DNA of 64,000 bases from Diplonema japonicum. Taxonomy: Eukaryota; Protista; Euglenozoa: Diplonemea. The translations under genes were made by a program, and so were the position numbers. The DNA lies in contig OZ025648.1 of the NCBI GenBank assembly GCA_964019335.1, positions 1 to 64,000 of the forward strand, in the 5' to 3' direction. Below the pieces are notes generated by a model, which saw only the letters and a list, made by a program, of their open reading frames with translations, had not been told where the DNA came from and searched no databases. Of this stretch, positions 1 through 10,600 are shown one piece after another (position 1 is the first letter of the stretch; each line of letters opens with the position of its first letter).

Positions 1-384
1 GGGTTTGCGGGTTTGCGGGTTTGCGGGTTTGCGGGTTTGCGGGTTTGCGGGTTTGCGGGTTTGCGGGTTTGCGGGTTTGCGGGTTTGCGGGTTTGCGGGT
101 TTGCGGGTTTGCGGGTTTGCGGGTTTGCGGGTTTGCGGGTTTGCGGGTTTGCGGGTTTGCGGGTTTGCGGGTTTGCGGGTTTGCGGGTTTGCGGGTTTGC
201 GGGTTTGCGGGTTTGCGGGTTTGCGGGTTTGCGGGTTTGCGGGTTTGCGGGTTTGCGGGTTTGCGGGTTTGCGGGTTTGCGGGTTTGCGGGTTTGCGGGT
301 TTGCGGGTTTGCGGGTTTGCGGGTTTGCGGGTTTGCGGGTTTGCGGGTTTGCGGGTTTGCGGGTTTGCGGGTTTGCGGGTTTGC
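1..384 (+). repeat. Perfect tandem array (GGGTTTGC)x48, truncated by the window start; telomere-like/G-quadruplex-forming satellite
   Basis: 8-bp unit repeated without mismatch from 1 to 384, then an abrupt switch to unique C-tract-rich sequence. The RVCGFAGL ORFs in three frames are artefacts of the repeat. Confidence 0.97.
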
Positions 385-777
385 GCGGGCCCCCCTTGCT
401 CGAGTCCCTCTGGGCCTCCGTATCCCCCTTAGGACACTGGTCCAAGGTCTGGTTCACCGCAGTTTATGGAACTCTTTTTCATCAGAGACGACCACTTCGC
501 ATCCCAACTGTTCGAAAAACACTTCTGTTACCTTTGTTGCTGCTCACTGTTACCCCGTTGCTGTTCAGGATGTACTCTTCGATGACAGAAAGCCTGCCTA
601 TGATCTTGCAGGTACAGATGGCACTCCCATCAAAACATATTTTATTGTGCATGTTGCTCTCCTGAGGTACTAATGAAATATCGCATTTGTAGGATAGGAA
701 GAAACACTATCAGCACACGCAACGAAAAGAAAATAATAAACCGGATAAAAGATGATTGAAAATAAATACCCAAGCCA

Positions 778-2805
778 TTAACAGCTCAGCTTCTGCAAAT
801 CCTGCTTGTCCTGCTCAGTAATCCAGCGCCTCTTCAAAGTAGAAGTGCCAGGCCATGGTCTTCTGCCAACAGCAGACGCTGGGAGACCGGTCTCGCGTGC
901 GATCAATTCAGCTACACGACCCTCGCAGTCGTAGTTGCATGGCTCAGCTTGACAATGTCCCATTCCAGCACGGGTGCGCTTTCTGATAGCTTGTGTGCTG
1001 TCGACCGGTAGCGAGCGGTGAATGGCTTCGACTACCTCGGCCTCAGTCACGAGCTCGCACTTGCACACAACATTCTTTCGAGCGTCAGGGAAAGACGTTG
1101 TCCCCCTTTTTGAAGCCTTGAGCCCCTTCCATCCTTCCTTCGGGAATACGATAGGTGCTCTGTTTGGGTTGAATGACTGATCCGGCTTAAGCACCAGACC
1201 ATTCTTCTGAAGCAGCTCAACAACATGGAGTGCAATGGCGGGCGATCCAGCCAACCCTGGTGAATCAATACCAGCAGCATGGATGAACCTTCCCCTCTCG
1301 TCTGCAGCTGACGGCTCAATGATCCAGTCCTTCCTGTCAGACTTGGCACGGGCCCCACAGAAGGCGTGGATGGTCTTTGCAGCGTCAAAGGAGGGCACCA
1401 ATGCCTTGCACTTCGACAAGATATACCTGTTAATGTCGTCTACCGTGTCCTTCTCTGACTGCCCGTCCGACACGTCCCTGGCCGTGGGGCCGAGAATTAA
1501 GTTCCCCCAAAGGGTCGCCTGCACCAGCACGCCCTTGCCCTTCTTCGGGTCAGGTGCAGGGAAGATTGTATGATTTGCCAAGTGGCCCTCAGATTTGTGC
1601 AGCAGCACGTACTCACCCAGCCTGGGGGTGATCGTGAAACTCTTGTCATTTATCATCCGTGCAATATCGCTACCACCCGACCCAGCACAGTTCACGATGT
1701 ACCTTGTCTTGATAACATGCTTCTGTGTCACTGAGCCGTTGACCGCAGTCGAATAACCGCTCCCACCCTTTGCCATTTCATTGACCTTGGAGCACACGTT
1801 GATGCCAGAGTTACCAGTATCCTTTGTGAGAGGAACAGTCTTGTTCTGCAAAATGCGCAGCACCTGAATGACAACGAGTGTCAAGGCAAAGAGGCCACCG
1901 GCGGTAGGGAAGAGCATGTCGGCGTCCCCATACATATGCATGGCAGCAGCGCCCATACCTGCCACGACAACCGCAATCAACATGCTTTCAAACACGTATC
2001 CCTTCTGTGTCTTCATGTAGGCAGCCGTGTCCCACTGATCCACTTCCAGATCATAGCCCAGGTCAGTTCTCTTGATACTCTTAACCTCGTGCCTGACACG
2101 CACCTCCACGCCGTTGTCAGCAGCATTCTCAGCCAAGGCAATGGCAAACTCGTACGGGATCACTGTGCCCGCATCTGGTGAGAGAAGAGCAGCCTTGGCG
2201 TTCGGGTGGACATGCGGCTCGCGCTCTCTCAGCTCTTCTTGGTTGATGATACTCAAGTTCTTCACGCCATTGACATCGCCGCGCTTCATCAGGTCATGGA
2301 GAACTTTGATCTCCTCGTCGGACGTGGCCACGACAAGGGAGCCGTTCTGGTTGTAGCCAAAGTGTAGCTCCCTGTCAAGTTGGGGGAACATCTGGTTGCC
2401 TTTCCAACAGAACTTAGCACGGACAGACCCAGGGGCGTCGTCATACCCTGCATGCACGATTCCACTGTTGCCCTTTGTAGCGCCCTGCGTCACGTCATCA
2501 GCACTGTCAAGCATGAGGACAGAGAGTTCACTCTTGGAAAGCTCCCTTGCGATTGCAGACCCAATGCACCCAGCACCAATGATTACCACATCGTAGCTAC
2601 CGTCCGCCTTTGCTGCACTGTGTCTAGTACGTGAGCGGGGGCACGTGGCGCAAGAGTTCCCACATTTACCCTTACCACTGCCGTTCGTGATGTTGTAATG
2701 CTCTGCACACTCCTCGAGATCGTGCCATTTGCCGCCAACATAAGCACCTTTGTTGCCATGCACCCTGAGGTCAGCTTTCACTGGTTCAACACTTTTTCTC
2801 GCCAT
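778..2805 (-). CDS. FAD-dependent oxidoreductase, GlpA/LhgO-like, with C-terminal BFD-like [2Fe-2S] domain and an internal two-TM insertion; intronless
   Basis: Rossmann motif DVVIIGAGCIG, ATKGNSGIVHAG, GIDSPGLAGSPAIA, and C-terminal VVCKCE...RTRAGMGHCQ...C. Likely start MARKS at 2805, shortly after an AG acceptor. Confidence 0.85.
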   Translation of the reverse strand: MARKSVEPVKADLRVHGNKGAYVGGKWHDLEECAEHYNITNGSGKGKCGNSCATCPRSRTRHSAAKADGSYDVVIIGAGCIGSAIARELSKSELSVLMLDSADDVTQGATKGNSGIVHAGYDDAPGSVRAKFCWKGNQMFPQLDRELHFGYNQNGSLVVATSDEEIKVLHDLMKRGDVNGVKNLSIINQEELREREPHVHPNAKAALLSPDAGTVIPYEFAIALAENAADNGVEVRVRHEVKSIKRTDLGYDLEVDQWDTAAYMKTQKGYVFESMLIAVVVAGMGAAAMHMYGDADMLFPTAGGLFALTLVVIQVLRILQNKTVPLTKDTGNSGINVCSKVNEMAKGGSGYSTAVNGSVTQKHVIKTRYIVNCAGSGGSDIARMINDKSFTITPRLGEYVLLHKSEGHLANHTIFPAPDPKKGKGVLVQATLWGNLILGPTARDVSDGQSEKDTVDDINRYILSKCKALVPSFDAAKTIHAFCGARAKSDRKDWIIEPSAADERGRFIHAAGIDSPGLAGSPAIALHVVELLQKNGLVLKPDQSFNPNRAPIVFPKEGWKGLKASKRGTTSFPDARKNVVCKCELVTEAEVVEAIHRSLPVDSTQAIRKRTRAGMGHCQAEPCNYDCEGRVAELIARETGLPASAVGRRPWPGTSTLKRRWITEQDKQDLQKLSC

Positions 2806-2871
2806 GGTTCCCTTGGATATACTAGATAAAAGAAACAACACAATAAAAAAAAAAGTTAAAAAGGGTATCTT

Positions 2872-4461
2872 CTACAATAACTGATCGAACACCTTAGCAC
2901 GATACTCAAAGGTTTTTATTATCTGGGGGTTAGTTATTCATTGTATCACACATACCTGTCTTGTCATTGTGCTCATGCTCTGCAGCACATTTCCACCCCC
3001 TAGCATGTTGTCATGGACCATTTTCCCTAGTTGCTGCATTTTGTTGATTGCTGTAGCATTAGCTTTCAGAGTACGCAGTTTCGCAATGAACTCTTTTCTG
3101 TCCGCCTCCGAGTAAAGCACGTCCTCCGAAGCGAAAACAGCTACAGACTCCCACGCCACAGTGTCATTCATAGGAGGCACAGAACTGACACGCTCTGATT
3201 CCAAGTAGGTCTCGTCACCGTGCTTACTAGACAGAACACCAGGATCGAAGATGATAGGAACACACCCAAAGTACAACGCCTCCGTCAGCCTATACGAGTG
3301 GAAGCCCCACCCTCGTATGATAGGACAGAAGGTAGCATTCCCCATCTCTTTTGTGTAAACATCAGCAGTTGGGTCTTTGAACTGCTCTGGAGGGATCATT
3401 GCCTGACCCCTCTTCTTGAACGACGGCATAAAGCCGTCTACGACAGCCCTGTCGGTCTCGTATTTACATTTCTGTTTCATTTTTACCCACTTCAATGCAC
3501 TCTTCTTTTTCTTTGTCTTGTCATAGCAGTACACCCAAACACGGATGTCGCTACCGTGGTCTCGCAGCAAGCGCAGCTGATACCGCGAAGACTGAAAACA
3601 GTACGATGAACCTGAGAAGAACAGCAAGTTACCTCGCCTCGATGCTGGTACTATGTGGCTATTCAGGTTGCTCACAACCTTTGGGAGTGGAATGGTTAAA
3701 TCGATCCATCTTTGGTAGGTGGAACTTATCGTGCTGCTCCTCGTGGCAAGCATGCCCTGATTGGTGTAGCTGCGCTCCTCATCTATGCCCCAATCGCTGA
3801 ACCCAAGGGCAAAGTGGTTGAGGCCCCACATAGCCCTTCCTCGTTGTGTTGCGTTCATGCTGAGGCCTCCTAGCACCCATTTTGAGAATGGGGCGGCAGC
3901 ATATGGATGGTGCTGTGCAAGAAGCGCGTTTCCTTCATTTACACTCCCAGGCATCATGCCGCGTGTGTTCCCGAACATAAATGTATCCACGGACAGGAAG
4001 AAGGCGCATGCTTGACTCGCGTTGTGCGTCACGTAGTCGGCGTTTGAGGTCCGAAGTGATTGGTGAACCGCTTTAAAGAAGGCACCTGGTTGCCCCGAAG
4101 GCACTTCTTTTTGCATTCCATAGGAAAACACCTTGAAGTCGGAAGCACATTTCTTTTTGTGCAGGTAGCATCGCGGGAGGCTCGGCTGTGGATTGCCGTA
4201 CCTGCGCGAAGCGTCACTGCTGCACAATAGTGCCCACCTCTCACTTCCGGAGCCGCCAGATGCTGTGACTTTGAGTAATTGCCTGGCTTCCTGCACATCG
4301 GTTTCAAATGACCTGGACCGCACGATACTTTTATCAAACGGTGCTGCTAAAAACTGCTCTAGTAACGGACTCACGTGTTCCTCATACCGCACTGTGTAGT
4401 TGACTGTGAGCAATGTAACCACCACAACAAGCATGCACACCATTGCCAACCGGCATCTCAT
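2872..4461 (-). CDS. Exostosin-family (GT47) glycosyltransferase, type II membrane protein
   Basis: N-terminal TM; ACAFF, LLFFSG and ATFCPIIRGWGFHSYRLTEALYFGCVPII motifs. A 33-nt intron near 2923-2955 adds the terminal exon IIKTFEYRAKVFDQLL*. Confidence 0.85.
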
Positions 4462-4820
4462 TATTCATTAAGCTGTGTTCTTGAGATCACATCACAGTAC
4501 TATAAAAGCAATTAATAACAAGCTAATATCTACACCACTTGGGTGCTAAAAAAAAGAACTAGTGAGTAAAACCACAGATCTGAGTAACTAAAAAAAAGGG
4601 AAACCAATTGTTTAATTTAAACCATGTCTTTGTCATCAGTTTTCTTTTTCTTTCACGGTGCAATTTTATACGTTTTCTTGACGAAAAGCTTTTTCTTCCC
4701 CAGAAGCACCAGTTGCCTGTATCTTATTTGTTTTTCCTTTAGAAAGCTAGAGTTGCAAAAGCAAAAAAAGTAAACCAAGCTAATGCTAATTGGTACAAAA
4801 GTCCGTGTCATGTATGGCAG

Positions 4821-5638
4821 CTAGTTGAGACGTTGGCGGGAGCGAGACGAACCACCTCCTGTCACTCGGCGGGCCTGTAGGGCGGGGTTCTACACGTCAC
4901 AGTTTGCACACCGTAGGCTGGTCGTCTACGCTTTCCTCTACATCTTCGTGCACTGTGCCGTCAGGCTGTGTCGTGCGCGTCACGGTGCGTGTCACCTGTA
5001 GTGCAGTGTGGCGTGGTAAGGGCATACCTTCTTGCCATTTTTGATCACAGTCTGCTGCGTCACTGACTTGCTCATCCCGCCACCGCCCCCCATTGAAGAC
5101 ATTGAGCTCATAAAAGAACTGTTTTGTCTGCAGTTAAATAGCCTTGCATACCTCCCACCCATGCCTCCTCCCATCCTCTCCATGTCGTTCATCATACCCA
5201 TCATGCCTCCAAACCCAAAGCCCCCATGGCCAAATGGGTCTGAATCGCCGAATGGGTCTGTCGCGAACCCCTGCCTCCCCATTGGCCTCATAAACGATTC
5301 AAAAGGGTCCCTTCCACCGAAGAATGCGTTGAACAAGTCGAACGGGTCATGTGTCGCGCGTCCTCTGCTTCGTTGGTGTCCGCCTCCATGCCCATAAGCG
5401 TCGTAGTTCCTCCTCTTCTGCGGGTCCCCCAGCGTTTCGTAAGCCTCAGCTACGGCTTTGAATCTACTCTCTGCATAATCACGCTGCTGCGGGTTCTTGT
5501 CAGGGTGCCATCTCACCGCTAGTCTCTTGTACGCCCTGCGTGACATGTCTTACTGCCGCGTGCATACCGTCTAATTTCTTCCTGCGAGGCACCCCTAGAA
5601 ATTTCTAAAATCCCATAGTAGTCCTCCGTACCGCTCAT
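4821..5638 (-). CDS. DnaJ/Hsp40 type II (DNAJB6-like), 4 short introns
   Basis: DYYGILE start, WHPDKNP J-domain motif and G/F-rich region. Introns of 32, 33, 32 and 37 nt restore one continuous frame. Confidence 0.92.
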
Positions 5639-5759
5639 TGTGTGGAAAAAAGCCTAACATGTGGCTATGTGAAAGGGAAGAAATTAAACTAAAGAAAAAA
5701 CCGAACCAGGTCATCAAACCTACCCTCTATCCTCCCAACTGCATAAGCACCGAATAACC

Positions 5760-7436
5760 TTAGTTGGAGCTTGCGGCAAGGTTGCGACGCCTTCGCTCAA
5801 CCAAGTTGCGAAGCCTTGGGAGCTCAGTCTGTTGCATCTGCGGTGGCATAAGAATGGCTCTTATCAACAACATACTGTTTGCAGTGTGGCAATAGCCTTG
5901 CGTGCGTTCAGCTTGTACTGATCGAGCAAGTTCTCACCTTCACTCCCATTTAAGTACATCATCTGCGCTTTCACCTCCTTCCACCTCATCCTCACGTCGA
6001 CGTCGCTCTTGTTGCGAAGCGTGTCGCGGTACGCTTTTTCAAATGACCTCTCGAGCCTTGCATCAGTCATTCTCTGCAGTTTGTCGAAAACTTTATTTTT
6101 GCGTACCTCAAGGTCAAACAGCGTGCTAACAGCTGTTGCAGCAGCGCATACACCAGACACAACCGATACCCCTGTACAGTGTTGTATTGTAGTTTATTCA
6201 CATACATGGCCTCGAGCCCTTCAGGAGCGCTACGATAAGCGCAGTACTTGACGCAGCCGCAGCAACGAGCCTGGCACTCTTCGAGGGGATATTAGGGGTC
6301 TGTTTGCTGACCCTGAAAAGCATCAGGAGCTTCTTTGCCACCTCGTCAATTGTCTGCACGGCATTGTCATGGTGCCTTTCTGGTGCCAGTCTGATCTCGT
6401 TCAGAACCTGCTCCCTGGCACGCTCAAACTCAACGATGGGTAAAACAGACTCTTCATGCTTCTGATTTGTCTGACTGAAGGTTGTGTAGATGCGTGGAAT
6501 GTCCTTAGTGGTCAGGACCTTCGACAAGTTCCAGCAAAGCGTTCCGTAGGCGCGAGCGAAATCGCTCACGTTGTCCAAGGTGTCGACCTGTGTGCATCAC
6601 TTGGCATGGAAGCGATACCTACCTTGTTTAGAACAATTAGGAACTTGTGCGTGCTGTCCCTCAGGGTTTCGTTGAGCACTTCTAAAGTCTCTCCCGTGGT
6701 GCCAGGGTTTGCAGGGTCGAAGAACAGCAAGATGACAGCACTTCGCCTCACAAACCACCTAACAACCTTGCTGAAATCATAGCCTCTGTTGCACTCGGGT
6801 GTCTAGAATGAGTGTGTGTTAAGTGGTGTGACGTGCCATACCGGCGTGTCAATTGTCCCTGGTGAGTCAACAATCACAACACCGTTCTGAAGCTTGGCAT
6901 GGCCTCCCAAGTTGCGAACCTGTTTAGCTGGCGCTATATGTTGGAAATACCTTTAGTTTGAAGTGCTGGATGAAGGACTGCCCGAAGGCTGTTAACCCTT
7001 CGAACCCTTTGCTGGACCCCTCACATTTGCTGACGGCGGTGTAACCATCTTCGTTGAGGTCCACGTCTCCGTTCTGGATGACGGTGAACGCGTCGTCGGT
7101 GGGAGCTGTTCCTACCTCTTGGATCTTACCGTCGCACAAGTTGTTGATGAACGTTGACTTTCCACTACTGTGGTTTCCGATCAACAGCACCATAGGATGG
7201 CACCTGGGCGCAATACATTCGTGAGCGTAGCTATCATGCTTGTCTAATTTCATCATCTCCTTCTGCATATCCTCTAACATATTCTCAATCTCCTCTACCA
7301 GCTCTTTGTCATTCAAGTCATCAGGGGACCTCTTTTCCACAACTACAGGTTCCTCATGCTTCAGGTACCGGTACCCTAAGATGGAGAACCCAGCCAGAGC
7401 ACTCCCACCCACCACGGCGCCTGCAATTTTACTCAT
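5760..7436 (-). CDS. EHD/sarcalumenin-like dynamin-superfamily NTPase with N-terminal signal anchor, 5 introns
   Basis: GNHSSGKSTFIN P-loop, GTAPTDDAFT, VIVDSPG, RGYDF, LLFFDP and LIVLNKVD motifs. Introns of 31, 39, 35, 34 and 38 nt. Confidence 0.85.
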
Positions 7437-7652
7437 GGTGTTCCTTATGTAAATTAAGAAATGTTGCGATGCACATGGACCAAAAATCTTAAAAGGGAAA
7501 ACGTGCACAAGATCTAAAAAAAGAAAAGAAGGGGGAGGGGTAGGGGGTGACCAAGCTTATTAGAGTCTAATCTACAACAACAACAGTGTAGGGTAATTTT
7601 ACAAATACATCGGATACGAAAAGCGCGCAGCTATCTAAGTGAAGAAGTACAG

Positions 7653-10600
7653 CTAAGAGCTGAACAAGATTTGTGACGCCTGTAATAGAGTGATAAGTCT
7701 CAAGCGACATACCTTCACGAGGACCTTCCGTTCCCCCGTCGAGCAGGGTAATGAACGCAACGTGTGTTGCTTTTCGTCTTGATAAGACGTGAAGCCCTCG
7801 ATGCCAAACTGATGCCTTTCAAGGTCAGTCATGTACTGTGTAATGGTGTGCCTCAGCAAGGCTTCTAGCTGGTTAATCGTTGTGACGCTGCCTTCCAATC
7901 TGTCAGCCATTTGTGTGGCCCTCTGTTTGGACGTATCGTCTTCCTCGCCCTGCCTCCTCGGTGTCGCAGACCTCTCAACACTTTGTCTACTTTTCTCTAG
8001 GGCCCTCTTCCTCAGCGCCGACGACCTTGTGTTTAACGACGCAAGCTGTTGCCATTTCCCCTCCTCTTCATTAGGACTCGCACCACGTGGCTTCTTCTGT
8101 GGTGCCAAGGACAACACCTTCTGCAGCGGGGCAAGCAAGGACTGTGCCACCAGCCGGGCAGCTGGCAATTGCAAAAATAGCTCTGCAACTTGCTGCATGC
8201 TCTTCTTACTTGATACAACTAATCTGTAAGAATCACTAACAAATGCCATAATCTTGGGCCTTGTATTCAAGATGAAGGCCAGCCTCTCGAAGCTTGCTGC
8301 ATCGCCTTCTGTATTGTTGTGAACCTCGTGGGACTGCTGCTCCAATTCTAACAACTCGCATTCGTGGCGCTCGAGCACCTGACGGCGGTGCACCTCATGC
8401 TGTGTCCAAGCGCGATAGATCTGGACGTTGTACTCGACCAGTTCGTCGCCTTCTACGTTATCAAGGACACGGCTGCTGAGGTCATGGATGAACGAAAAAA
8501 GCTGCTCTCCCCACTCGCTGCTGAGCCTCTGCATCTCGTCGATGTGAAGCTCGATAAGCTCTTCACGCCTTCTTCGTAGGGTGCCCAGTCTCTTCCCTTC
8601 CTGTTTGATTGTGCCTTCAAAGTCACGTGTTGACTTCTGTTGGGCAGCCTGCAACAGCTGCTTGTTAGTTTCAACAGCTGTGTTCAGCTGCTCAATCTCC
8701 GAGTTGTGCAACTGAGATACTTCTAACTGCTCTTCGGGTGACAGGGAGGTAAACTCTAGACTAGTTGACTTTGCGGCCCACATGGCGGTGATCTGTTCGA
8801 TCTGTGTGCTCCACTCAACTTCTGCGTCTTGGAACTCTTGCATTTGTGCTACAGATAGTTCCGTCCGCCTCCTCTTGCTGATCTCGGCTAGGAGATGCGA
8901 TTCATCAGTTCGTAGGCCATTCTCAAATTCAGTCAAGCTATCAGCCAGCAATGTGTTCCGCTTCCTCTGTTGATCTGATTCATCAGCGATTTCAGAAAAC
9001 CCCCGCAACATATCCTGAACCAGCTCACCCTGCTGGTGCTGTGGCATCGTTGCGAACACGTCAGAAACAGAGAGGCCCCTCCAGTCGTTGACCAACTTGT
9101 CAAGCTTTGTGAGCCACATCTCTTCGTTCTGTCGCCATTCGGCATCAAGGCGGAGAATCAAGTCGGACCTTGCTTGGCGTGAGGCAAACTGTAGTACATT
9201 GACAAAACTGCAAATAACAACACACCAGATTGGCAGTGCGGCCTTCTTCGATCTCTTGCTTTATATCACTTGCACAGGTAGTAACTGGGCCGGGCACTGT
9301 GGGAAAGGCTGCTGGTGCATATTTCATCGCGAAAGACATGAACTCAACACGACAAGCGAGCTGTTTTTAGATGCTGGCACCATATGTCACAATACCTCAT
9401 CTCTGTCAATCTCCAGACGTGTTATGCCCTCAGACTGAATGCAAGCAGCAATATCACCCTCTATCTTCATCCTTGCTAGCTCTTGCACTACGACTTTGCG
9501 CAGTCTGTCGTTGTCACTCTTCAGTGCTTCGTTGTATTTTTCAACACGCTCTAATTCATAGCGCAGAGCTTCCATTTCCTGGTAGCAGGCATCCTGATCT
9601 TCCAAGAGCTGCTGTGTCGCTTCATCGTGCGTCTGCCCCAAAGTATCTCTCAATCCCTGTTTGAGTTGCTAGGTATAGGCCATGTACCATACCACAATAG
9701 TCATCTCAAGCTGTGCTATAGTCTCATCTCTCAACGCTAAATCCTTCTTGATGTGATCAAACTCAGCACTGTCCCTTGTGGCCTTTACAGACAACCTGCC
9801 CAGACGCTGGTTTGTGCAGTCCAACTCACGCTTTGTCTCTTCTGCCTCATCCAGCTTCGCCTCCAGAAACCGCTGCTTTGCACGCTGTTGCACATCACCG
9901 TGCGACAATCTCTCTTGCAGCTCCTTATAACGTCCCTGTAGTTCTTGGTACCTACCGTCACTTTCCCGCAGTCTGGAGGACAGCGCCCCGTTCTCAGAAA
10001 GCATCCCGCTTTTATCACCACGCAAATTCTCAAGGAGCTGCTTTGTATCACTTAAATGCAACGCAGTTGCCTCAAGCTGCTGGGACAGCGCTAAATTCTC
10101 AGCCATCAGTCTGCCCCTCTCCTCGTTCATCACGTTCATCTACAGGCATTGACAGACGAGAAACAAACATACCTCTGCCTCCGCCATGTCGGCCCTCTTT
10201 GTCTCGTTCATCGTGCGTGACGTAAGAGCATCTCTCTCTCCTTGGAGCACGCCCATGTGGTCACGTAGCACCGCCGCCTGGTTACGGAAGTCATCTGCGT
10301 CCCTTTCCAGTGCCGTCAGCAAACACGCTGACCTGTTCCATCCCATCTGCGACTCCCAGAGAGAATCTTGCAGAAGGAACATAAAACAGTATTGCTGCTC
10401 GAGCTCTACACACATGCGTTGTCTAGCCTCCTCGTTTTGCATGTTGTAGAAAGCATTGCATAGTTCGGAGCTCAACAACGATCCTGCGATGCAACCTGCC
10501 CTGAGATCTGCGGACACCATTCCAAGCTTTAACGCACTTGCCGCTTCCTGACGCTGGAGCTCCAACCTGTCGATCAATTCGTCCTGCTGCAGCAAATGAG

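Noticed and set aside
1-384. CRISPR array or ordinary left telomere
   Set aside because: There are no spacers, and the strand polarity is opposite to a canonical left telomere, so it is not called as one.
482-652. 56-codon minus-strand ORF (MHNKICFDGS...) after a CAG acceptor
   Set aside because: It could be a last small gene, but it is short and has no recognisable motif.
5-673. Plus-strand ORFs of RVCGFAGL repeats
   Set aside because: Translation of the 8-bp satellite, which has no stop codon in any frame.
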